Below, in pieces: positions 48,931 through 56,822 of a stretch of DNA of 64,000 nucleotides (the stretch's first letter is position 1; each line of letters begins with the position of its first letter). Under the pieces are notes generated by a model, which saw nothing but the letters and a program-made list of their open reading frames with translations, was not told where the DNA came from and searched no databases. The position numbers were made by a program, and so were the translations under genes. The stretch is taken from the NCBI GenBank assembly GCA_963737065.1, contig CAVTRC010000001.1, positions 2,272,001 through 2,336,000 of the forward strand, written 5' to 3'. This DNA is from Candidatus Eremiobacteria bacterium. Lineage in GTDB: Bacteria > Vulcanimicrobiota > Vulcanimicrobiia > Vulcanimicrobiales > Vulcanimicrobiaceae.

Positions 48931-50271
48931 TTATGCGATGAGTGCTTGGATCATGAGCGCCGCGACCTCACGCGAGTCGAGTTCGTACTGAGAGAGAACG
49001 CTCGTCGCTACTTGCGTGAGGATTTGTTCGCGCGTGAATGCCGTCACGGCTGAGCCGACATTCAAATCGCGGATAGAAGACTCCGATGACGTCAGATTCA
49101 CCGCCGCGACATTGTCGCTGTTCGAATCTTCTTGCGTGGACACCATCTGCGCACCGATCTGAGCGCGCACTTGCGAAATCTGGTCGAGTGCGTTTTGCAC
49201 GCGTAACTGCGCGTCCATCGCTGCCCATTGGTTGCTCGAATCGACCCCTTGCGTGTTGTCAAACTGGTCGACCATCGTCGGACGCAAGACGGAGATGTCG
49301 CTGACCTGCAACGCGTTCGTCGAGAGCGTCGGCAACGAAATTGCAACCGTGCCACCCTCGGTACCGGAGTCGTTGATATTGATCGCCGTGCCGCCGCCCG
49401 TTGCCCGGGGATCGAGGATGAAGATCCCTTCCGCAACTCCACCTGCGTCTTGCGGCGACAAATTCGCGAGGTTCACGGTCAAACCGTATCCTGAGGGCAT
49501 TGAAATATTGACGGGGCTTCCACCGCCCCCGAGATTCGGGCCGGCATTGACCGGCACTCCCGGTTGAACTTGTATGGATTCCGTCCCGTTGTTTGCGAAC
49601 GACGGATCGGTGCTGTACATGTCTTGTTCGAACGTCAGTGAACCGGTCGCTGCATCGTAGTTTTCGAGCTTAAACACGAAGACGCCGGTGAAGTGTTGGC
49701 CGGGCGCCTCGATCGTTTGCGAGTTCGGGTCGAACATGAGAGGACTCGATAGCTGCGAATTCGCGACGTCCGGAGTCGCTGCGTTACCGTCTGGTGCTTG
49801 ACCGGGATTGATCAGTTGCACGACGACGGGCGCGTTTGGCGCGGCAACATACGTGTCATGCGATCCGTCGAACAGTTTTACGCCGTTAAAATTCGCACTC
49901 GAAGAGATGTGGTTGATCTCTTTGAGCATCTGATCGATTTCAGTCTGAATCGCACTGAGCTGTTCGTTGGAATTGATGTCGGAGTTTGATTCGATGACTA
50001 GCGAATTCACGCGTTGCAGAATCTGCTGGATCTGCGCCGCGGCGCCGTCGGCAACCGCCAGAAGGTTTCCACCGGTTTGGACGTTTTCGACCGCTTGTTG
50101 CAGGCCGCTAACGCGCGTTTGCAAGCTCTCTGAGATTGCAAGGCCACTCGGATCGTCGGCGGCATTTTCAATCCGTAAACCGCTCGAGAGTTTGCTCGTG
50201 AGCGAAGACAGATTGTCCTGGTGCTGGCCGAGGTTGTAGAGGATGTTATCCATTCCGTTCGTGATGTTCAT
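48931..50271 (-). CDS. fliC: Flagellin (divergent termini)
   Basis: KLSSGLRIENAADDPSGLAIS, QILQRV, IQTEIDQM, FNGVKL. C-terminal RAQIGAQM, ESSIRDLNV, QILTQ. Confidence 0.88.
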   Translation of the reverse strand: MNITNGMDNILYNLGQHQDNLSSLTSKLSSGLRIENAADDPSGLAISESLQTRVSGLQQAVENVQTGGNLLAVADGAAAQIQQILQRVNSLVIESNSDINSNEQLSAIQTEIDQMLKEINHISSSANFNGVKLFDGSHDTYVAAPNAPVVVQLINPGQAPDGNAATPDVANSQLSSPLMFDPNSQTIEAPGQHFTGVFVFKLENYDAATGSLTFEQDMYSTDPSFANNGTESIQVQPGVPVNAGPNLGGGGSPVNISMPSGYGLTVNLANLSPQDAGGVAEGIFILDPRATGGGTAININDSGTEGGTVAISLPTLSTNALQVSDISVLRPTMVDQFDNTQGVDSSNQWAAMDAQLRVQNALDQISQVRAQIGAQMVSTQEDSNSDNVAAVNLTSSESSIRDLNVGSAVTAFTREQILTQVATSVLSQYELDSREVAALMIQALIA

Positions 50272-50504
50272 CGGCGCAAGCCTCCCGAGCGTGCGCGAGC
50301 GCGGTCCGAACGGTAGAGTCCGCGAACGCGAGCAGACTCAGTCGAGCGCGTGTGCTGGAGACGCTCGACGGTGACGTACGCATTCACCGGGCTGATGGAA
50401 ACGGATGAGAGAACGGTGCTGGGCGACGGAACAGCAGAAAACACGCGTACACTATCGCGATACGCGCGTTCAAACCGTCCTTGATTTATTCCCAGCACAT
50501 CCAT
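50268..50504 (-). CDS. Small hypothetical protein (78 aa) translationally coupled to flagellin
   Basis: GGGAGG SD upstream, ATGA overlap with the flagellin start, downstream of a sigma28-like promoter. Confidence 0.55.
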   Translation of the reverse strand: MDVLGINQGRFERAYRDSVRVFSAVPSPSTVLSSVSISPVNAYVTVERLQHTRSTESARVRGLYRSDRARARSGGLRR

Positions 50505-50517
50505 GACCGAGGTCTGT

Positions 50518-50574
50518 TTCCTCCCTGAAACGTCCCTGTAGTATTCCTATCGGCTAAACCCGCCGAAAAGTTTC
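50518..50574 (-). promoter_or_regulatory. Sigma28-like promoter plus two CsrA-type sites
   Basis: GAAACTTT-N12-GCCGATAG (50574-50547). Leader contains ACAGGGACGU and UCAGGGAGGA, both matching CANGGANG. Confidence 0.65.
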
Positions 50575-50619
50575 CGCTAACCGCGCGGTTCCCCGTAAAA
50601 ACGCCGTTATCCCGAGACG

Positions 50620-53600
50620 ATGACGTTTAAGTACGTCATGAGGCGCTTCTCGAGCGAACGCGCGTTCGGCCGCGTTATCCAACTCTTCGGGCTCGCGCTG
50701 ATGGTCGTTTCGGCGACGGCGTTTTTTGCCACGCGCAATGTGCGCGCGGAAACGATCGAAACTGTCCTTCGGCAATCGGCGCAAGCGATGCACGCCGCAC
50801 TCGACGTGGCCGCGGCCCCTTCACCGTCGCCTTCGCCTACGCCAGAATCCGCTGCGATGGAAGACATCGGCGAACATTCCGGACTGATCGCCACGCCTGG
50901 TCCAAGCACGCCGCCGGTCATCTCGCACGGTGGGCGTCTTGAATACACTATTAATGGAAGCCTCAGCCTCGGGAACCGGTCGTCGGGAAGCACGCGGCTC
51001 GATGGGACGGGCGAAACGCTCGTTTCCAACGTGGCGGAAACCGACGGCTCCGTCGGGATGAATCTCGAGCTGCGCCGCCGCACCGCGATGACGACCACGG
51101 ATCTTCAGATTCCGCTCGGGATCTCGACGCAAGGCGCGCAGTACGGGTACGGCAATCTTTCGTATTCGACGCCAAAGTATACGCTGGGTTATGCCTCCAT
51201 TCCGATCGCGTTGCTCGGTCAACTGACGCTCGGTGCAACGCAGCGCGGTCCGTACATGACGGTGCCGTACGGAACGGGCGACATCTCGATGTTCGAGGGG
51301 TTCACGACCGGCGTCGATCAGGAAGGCCTACATTTATATGGTATGCGAGCCCGCCGGCTCTATGGACGGACGCTCATGGAGCTCGGCTACGTCTATAATC
51401 CGCAAGCGCCGCAAACGGGATCGGCCGGCACGGCATTTGTCGGGGTCGCGTATGCAAAGAACGCGTTGTCGGCGATTCTCGAAACAGCGGAACAACATCG
51501 CGAAACTCCGACCGGCGATCTTTCGCTGTTTTCGTCGCAGCTTCGCCTAGACGATGGACTGCAGCAGGGAACGTACTCGCTGACGCTTCGGGACATTCCG
51601 GAGCGGCTGCTGTCCTACAATGCCGGCGAACTCTCCGGCGACAAGCTCGCCGATTTTTCGTATCGTTCGAATGGCCGCGGTGCATTGGGGCTCGACTTCG
51701 CGCTCGAGAAGAGCAGCTATCTCGGCCAAGTTTCGTCGCAGGAGCGCTCGCTGCTCAACTATGATTTCACGACGGGCGCGATCGGCTACAGCGTCGGGTT
51801 ACAGAATCAGCGCATCGCGGGCAGTCCGACCGAGTGGTCGGGGCTCGGCTCGCTGCAGCTGTCGTTTCCGATTCGAAACGGTTACGGCGTCGCGAGCGCA
51901 CAGTTTGGTCGAACGACGGAAGACGGAACCGGTCCGGTTGGGACAGCGCTCTATAACGTTGCTCTCTCCCGGCAGTTCGGCTCGTACGTCGTCGGCGGCT
52001 CGTTGACGCGGCAAAACCAATCGAGTACGACGACGGGCTTTTCACGTCAGAGCACGGCCGCCGTATCGTTTCAACGCACGTTTGGCAAAACGTCGATCGG
52101 CTACCAATATCAACTTTCGCGAACGCAGTCGCCCGTCAGCGATGCGTTGCAGAGCTTTCCCGCGTTCATCGTGCAGCGGCAGATTTCGCCCGTCATCTCG
52201 GTTCAAGCGCAGTACAGCATCCAACACCTAAGCGACCCGATCAATCCGGGATCGAACGGAACGTCGCGAAACTTCAGCATTCAGTTGAATGCACCGTTTG
52301 CCGTCGGAAATACGAACGTCGAAGGACGAACGGATCCGCGCTTGCCCGCGATGATCGAAGGGCGCATCACGGCGGATCTAGGCAACAACAACGCGCTCGC
52401 GGGCCTTTTAACCGGCGGACTGGGCAATATCGTCGTCGTTCTCGACAACACGCAAATTCAACGCACCGACTTGCAAGGCAATTTTCAGTTTTCGTACGTG
52501 CGTCCCGGCTCGCATCAATTACGCGTCGAGACGGCGTCGCTTCCGCGCGGCTATACCGTCGATCAACCGATCGTTACGCTGAACCTCGACGGCGGACAGA
52601 CCGCGCAAGTATATCTTCGCGTCGGCGATTTCGGCGGTATCGTCGGTCACGTGTTCGGCACCGATGCGAACGGCCAACGCATTCCGCTCGCCGGAGTAAA
52701 GCTGCGGATCGACGGCGGCCAGTACGCGCAGACGGATCAGCAAGGCATCTACGGCTTTGGGCGCCTTCTCTCCGGCAGCCACACGATCGAGATCATCGAG
52801 AACACCGTACCGGCCTTTGCGTCGTTCGACGAAAAATCCGTGAAACGGGACGTTAGCGTTCAGCGCGGTTCAACGGCAACGCTCGACTTCGTCGGCGAAC
52901 AGCTGGGATCGATTACCGGCAAAGTCGTCTATGATGCGACGCTCGCGCCCAATTACACGGGTCCGGTCATGAATGCATACGTCGTTGCAGAACCGGGAGA
53001 GCACGCAGCGATTACCAACGACGACGGCACGTTTTTGATCGACGACCTTCCCCCGGGTGACTACACCGTGTCGGTTGATCCGGAAACGGTTCCGGAGGAA
53101 ACGGGACAGCTCGGCGATCCTCTTTCCGTTGTGTTAAAGGGCAACGATAATTATCGCGGCGCGCTCTTCCTCGTCGGCCACGCCGTAAAGAAGGTCGTCT
53201 TCAGCCTTCTCTCTGGCGGTGCGGTGCCGGCAAGTCTCCACGTAAGTGAAGGCCGGTTGCCGCCGGGTGGTGCGACTGATGTTAGCGTTACTGCTCCCGC
53301 GGACGCTCACACCGTCACCGTATCGGGGCTCGGCGACGACGTCGACTTGAGCTTTGATGCAAAACGAAAGGAATGGACCGGCACGGTTCTCGTTCCATCG
53401 AAGGCGGCCGCCGGCACCGTCACGTTGACCGCTTCGGTCAGGCAGACGTCGGGCTCGATTGCGACCGCGACGGCAAAGGTCGTAATCGATCCGAAGTTGC
53501 CGATCGCGATCGTTCAATTGATTCCAGCGAATGCGGCGATCGGATCGTTCGCCGCCGCGCGTGCACGATTTCTGGTTGACGCGCGTCCCGGCGACAAGAT

Positions 53601-53742
53601 CGACTGGGAGGACGGACAGGAAACGGTTCTGGGCAAGCCCGTCGTCGGGCGCATCTTTACGTTCAGCCTGCGTCTTTCTTTACGCCCTCTGCATGGAGTG
53701 CTCCTAACCAAGACTGCTCGCTTGCCGATAAGCATTATGTAA
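50620..53742 (+). CDS. Putative outer-membrane usher-like protein (beta-barrel followed by repeated Ig/SdrD-B/carboxypeptidase-regulatory-like domains)
   Basis: Signal peptide, then several hundred residues of alternating amphipathic strands. Three GxIxG...TDxxGx(F/Y)xF...PG-type modules follow. Operon context with chaperone and pilin-like genes. Confidence 0.72.
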   Translation: MTFKYVMRRFSSERAFGRVIQLFGLALMVVSATAFFATRNVRAETIETVLRQSAQAMHAALDVAAAPSPSPSPTPESAAMEDIGEHSGLIATPGPSTPPVISHGGRLEYTINGSLSLGNRSSGSTRLDGTGETLVSNVAETDGSVGMNLELRRRTAMTTTDLQIPLGISTQGAQYGYGNLSYSTPKYTLGYASIPIALLGQLTLGATQRGPYMTVPYGTGDISMFEGFTTGVDQEGLHLYGMRARRLYGRTLMELGYVYNPQAPQTGSAGTAFVGVAYAKNALSAILETAEQHRETPTGDLSLFSSQLRLDDGLQQGTYSLTLRDIPERLLSYNAGELSGDKLADFSYRSNGRGALGLDFALEKSSYLGQVSSQERSLLNYDFTTGAIGYSVGLQNQRIAGSPTEWSGLGSLQLSFPIRNGYGVASAQFGRTTEDGTGPVGTALYNVALSRQFGSYVVGGSLTRQNQSSTTTGFSRQSTAAVSFQRTFGKTSIGYQYQLSRTQSPVSDALQSFPAFIVQRQISPVISVQAQYSIQHLSDPINPGSNGTSRNFSIQLNAPFAVGNTNVEGRTDPRLPAMIEGRITADLGNNNALAGLLTGGLGNIVVVLDNTQIQRTDLQGNFQFSYVRPGSHQLRVETASLPRGYTVDQPIVTLNLDGGQTAQVYLRVGDFGGIVGHVFGTDANGQRIPLAGVKLRIDGGQYAQTDQQGIYGFGRLLSGSHTIEIIENTVPAFASFDEKSVKRDVSVQRGSTATLDFVGEQLGSITGKVVYDATLAPNYTGPVMNAYVVAEPGEHAAITNDDGTFLIDDLPPGDYTVSVDPETVPEETGQLGDPLSVVLKGNDNYRGALFLVGHAVKKVVFSLLSGGAVPASLHVSEGRLPPGGATDVSVTAPADAHTVTVSGLGDDVDLSFDAKRKEWTGTVLVPSKAAAGTVTLTASVRQTSGSIATATAKVVIDPKLPIAIVQLIPANAAIGSFAAARARFLVDARPGDKIDWEDGQETVLGKPVVGRIFTFSLRLSLRPLHGVLLTKTARLPISIM

Positions 53743-53772
53743 CTCGCTTACCCGCTTATGCCACGGAGGGCA
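53705..53772 (+). promoter_or_regulatory. Internal sigma28-like promoter and CsrA-type hairpin for the major subunit gene
   Basis: TAAC(53705-53708)-N15-GCCGATAA(53724-53731). TGCC-ACGGAG-GGCA hairpin at 53759-53772. Confidence 0.6.
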
Positions 53773-53795
53773 ATCTTGCGCATGGTGAAAGGTCG

Positions 53796-54476
53796 ATGAA
53801 CCAAAAACGTATTGCAGGGCTCGCGCTAATCGCGTCCCTTTTCGCGCTGGCGGCCCCCGCAAATGCGGCGACCGTCAATAAAACGATCACGGTCAAGTGG
53901 AACACGCAGGCAACGGCCACGCTGAACGTCCATACGAACTACGCTGCATCCGGTCTGTCGAACAGCCCTGGCACGGCCGGTTCGATTCTAGCCCACGGCG
54001 CCGGCGCTTGTACCGCAGCCGACCCGACGAATTCGGACGGTACAAACGACTTCGGTCAAGTATCGCCTGACGGCGGCGGCGGCATGCAGGACTGCCTGTA
54101 CAAAAACGCAGCCAATGCGATCGTCGCGACAAACTCGACGAACTGGAATCTCACGGCAGCGACGGCCACGAACCCGACGACACTCGGCGCTGAGCTTTGC
54201 GCATTGGCGAACGGTGTCGCGAACTTCCCGTTCAGCGCGGCCGCGCTGCCGGTTACGCAAACGGTTCGTGCGGCAGCACTTTCCAGCGCATCGACGGCGA
54301 GCTGCGTGTCCGGCAGCGTGCTGAACAACACCGCTCTGACGCTTGCGAACGAAACGAACGCGTTCACCGGTGCCAGCCCGGCGAATATCGGGTTCGATCT
54401 CGATCTCGTTCTCGGACCAACCGCGAACACCGGTAACCAGTCGGAAGTCGTGACGTTCACGCTCACGGCGAACTAG
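53796..54476 (+). CDS. Putative major fimbrial subunit
   Basis: Signal peptide ending ANA, alternating N-terminal strand TVNKTITVKW, DFG motif, four Cys, C-terminal GNQSEVVTFTLTAN. Confidence 0.7.
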   Translation: MNQKRIAGLALIASLFALAAPANAATVNKTITVKWNTQATATLNVHTNYAASGLSNSPGTAGSILAHGAGACTAADPTNSDGTNDFGQVSPDGGGGMQDCLYKNAANAIVATNSTNWNLTAATATNPTTLGAELCALANGVANFPFSAAALPVTQTVRAAALSSASTASCVSGSVLNNTALTLANETNAFTGASPANIGFDLDLVLGPTANTGNQSEVVTFTLTAN

Positions 54477-54500
54477 TTCGTAAAGGTTACACTCTTTACT

Positions 54501-54540
54501 CGCTTCGCCGCGGGACGCGCAGTGCATTCGCGGCGAAGTG
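54501..54540 (+). other. Strong intergenic stem-loop after the major subunit gene
   Basis: CGCTTCGCCGCGG / TCGCGGCGAAGTG, a 13-bp stem with G-U pairs and no long U tract. Confidence 0.7.
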
Positions 54541-54551
54541 TTCGGGTCACA

Positions 54552-55349
54552 ATGCAAAATCGACGAATCGCACTCTTTGCGTTCATCTTTGCGGCGGTAC
54601 TTGTCGTGCCAAACCGGGTCAGTTCGGAAGGCCTCGGCATCGAAGTCACGCCGGCAAAACTCGAAGTGCAAATTGGACCGGCCGCAAGTTATAACATCCC
54701 GGTTACGGTTCGCAACTCTTCCAGTGATTCGACCCACGTACAGGCCACGATGGTGGACTTCGGCGTGTCGACGAACGGAAGCTACGAGTTTGGACGCGTC
54801 GGAGCGCGGCCGTTCTCGCTGATGAAATACGCAGCGATCCGCCCTCGTGAATTCGACTTGCCCGCGGGAACCACGCAACAGGTTCAACTCACGATCGTGA
54901 TGCCGAACGATTCAAAGCTTTCTGGTGAATACGCCGGAATCGTCTTCTTCCAAACGCGGCCGATTCGGCGCGCCGGTTCGAACGTGGCGTTTTCCGCCCG
55001 CGTCGCATCGAAGATTTACGAAGCAATTCCGGGCAGCGTCAAAATCGACGGTGCAATCACCAAGATGGTCAGTGCAAAGAGTGGACGCGGCCAAGTGTAT
55101 CGCGTGAGCTTTAAAAACACCGGGAACGTTCACGTCTATCTCCGTGGGCAAGTAACTATCCAGAAGAGCGGCCAAGTCGTCGATCAAGTTGCAATGGAAA
55201 ACGGCATGCTCGTCGAGCGCGGCGGAGACCGCATCGTCGAGGTGACGGGAAAGAAACTTCCTCCGGGACAGTATCAAGCGATTGCGACAATGGACTACGG
55301 TGGCCAAACAGAAACCGGCGGCGAGATTCAGTTTAGCGTTGAACGATAA
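54552..55349 (+). CDS. Putative periplasmic pilus chaperone (PapD-like/DUF916-like two-Ig-domain protein)
   Basis: GIEVTPAKLE, VTVRNSS, PREFDLPAGTTQQVQLTIVMP, GEYAGIVFF, FKNTGNVH, LPPGQY. Confidence 0.75.
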   Translation: MQNRRIALFAFIFAAVLVVPNRVSSEGLGIEVTPAKLEVQIGPAASYNIPVTVRNSSSDSTHVQATMVDFGVSTNGSYEFGRVGARPFSLMKYAAIRPREFDLPAGTTQQVQLTIVMPNDSKLSGEYAGIVFFQTRPIRRAGSNVAFSARVASKIYEAIPGSVKIDGAITKMVSAKSGRGQVYRVSFKNTGNVHVYLRGQVTIQKSGQVVDQVAMENGMLVERGGDRIVEVTGKKLPPGQYQAIATMDYGGQTETGGEIQFSVER

Positions 55350-55452
55350 CGCCGGCTTCTAAACAACCTAGATCGCTACGGTCTGCGCTAAGGGAAGTGC
55401 GCAGAGCCTCTTGGAGAGCACAAGGATCGTGTACGCAGCGCTTGTCAGAAGG

Positions 55453-56106
55453 ATGGTGTACGGAATCGTTGCGTTTGCAACGGCGGCGCTAAGCCTTGCG
55501 CCAGCGTTTGCATCGACCGCAATGGACGTCACTAAGGTCAAATGGAGCGCGATGCCGATCGTGCACTTCACGCTAACGCCGAACTATGCGTCCGGATTCG
55601 GCTCGGTCAAGGCGACCTTTGGAACGCAACCCGCGCCAACGCATGGTCCCGATGCACTTCAAAACAATGGAGCGGTCGATTTCGGTTCGGTCCTCGGTGG
55701 AACGACGTACCTTTACAAGTACGCCGCGCACGTTAACGTGACGACGAACGACCCAATGGGTTTCTTCGTGTACGCCGAAGGCGCCGCGGACTTTTTTAAC
55801 ACCGCTGATAGCTCGACGCAGCCGCTGAATTCGACGCTCTACTATCTTCAGTCGACGAGCGGTTCACCGCCGGACCCGAACACGGGATTTTCGGCGGCGC
55901 TTCCCTTCTATCGCACGGGTTCCGTCGTCACCGGCGGCAGCCAGTTCACTGCACCGACGATTTCCTACACGACGTATCCCGCACCGGTCGCAACCGCGAT
56001 GAGCGCAAACGGCGACTACTACTTCGACTATCAACTGCGCGTGCCGGGTGCAGCCACGCGCGGTCTCTATTACGTTTGGATCGTCTATACGGTGGTGGCG
56101 CGGTGA
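55453..56106 (+). CDS. Putative minor fimbrial subunit, paralog of the major subunit
   Basis: Signal peptide ending AFA. Shares VKW, NYA, GxxDFGxV, LYKxAA, VxTN and the terminal G...YTVVAR. Confidence 0.7.
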   Translation: MVYGIVAFATAALSLAPAFASTAMDVTKVKWSAMPIVHFTLTPNYASGFGSVKATFGTQPAPTHGPDALQNNGAVDFGSVLGGTTYLYKYAAHVNVTTNDPMGFFVYAEGAADFFNTADSSTQPLNSTLYYLQSTSGSPPDPNTGFSAALPFYRTGSVVTGGSQFTAPTISYTTYPAPVATAMSANGDYYFDYQLRVPGAATRGLYYVWIVYTVVAR

Positions 56107-56822
56107 AAAAGCTTCGCTACCTCTTTTTGATCTTCGCATTCCTAGCGGCCGCGCCGATCGTCGTTGAAGCCGCGCTGCAAAGTCAGCAGGCGCAGATCGC
56201 CGTTACGATCATCGTGAACGTGACTCCCAACCCACTCGGCTACACTGGAAAACCGGCGATCGCCGGCAACCAAATCGTGGCAACAGCGAAGCTGCGGGGA
56301 GCGCCTCCCGAGATCGAGCGCGTATTCGAAGCGCAGCAGCTCCATTTCGTTCCGAAAGGCGCTGAAATTGTCGCACAGGCGCAAGTTCAGCATGCGATAA
56401 AAGTTGAGGCCGAGGTCACTCCAAATCCGAATGCAACGCTTCTGACGTCCGATGCTTCCGGATATCAAGTGATCTTGAATGCGGAAGCCGGTACCCCGAC
56501 GTCGGTTCCGTGTGCGTATCATGTCCAGGTTAAGACGACGAAGACCGGATGGACGCTCAAGCATGGTCTTGCCGGAAACTTCAGCAATGGCGGAAGCGAC
56601 TCGTTCGTGGGCTCTAGCCTGGCGAATAACTCCCACGTCGGACCAACGCCGTTACCGACTGCAACGCCGTTCGTTGTTTATTCTACCGACGGCGGCGTGT
56701 GGGCAGTGCTTCAAACGAACAGCGGTACGCAAACGTATTGCGTCGATCTGACGCTCAACATGCCGATCACAACTGCTCAAGGAACGTATAGTTCGAATGC
56801 GATCTATACGTTGTACTACTAA
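56103..56822 (+). CDS. Putative minor fimbrial subunit/adaptor
   Basis: GTGA overlap, signal peptide ending VEA, Cys pair, C-terminal DLTLNMP...QGTYSSNAIYTLYY. Confidence 0.68.
   Translation: MKKLRYLFLIFAFLAAAPIVVEAALQSQQAQIAVTIIVNVTPNPLGYTGKPAIAGNQIVATAKLRGAPPEIERVFEAQQLHFVPKGAEIVAQAQVQHAIKVEAEVTPNPNATLLTSDASGYQVILNAEAGTPTSVPCAYHVQVKTTKTGWTLKHGLAGNFSNGGSDSFVGSSLANNSHVGPTPLPTATPFVVYSTDGGVWAVLQTNSGTQTYCVDLTLNMPITTAQGTYSSNAIYTLYY

Noticed and set aside
50584..50610. Sigma28 promoter for the usher gene (GCCGTTAT)
   Set aside because: The -10 is imperfect and there is no correctly spaced -35 element.
53796..56822. Type IV pilins or sortase-dependent pilins
   Set aside because: No class III G/FxxxE prepilin site, no LPXTG anchors, and no ATPase, peptidase or sortase in the cluster. 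Signal peptides are AxA type.
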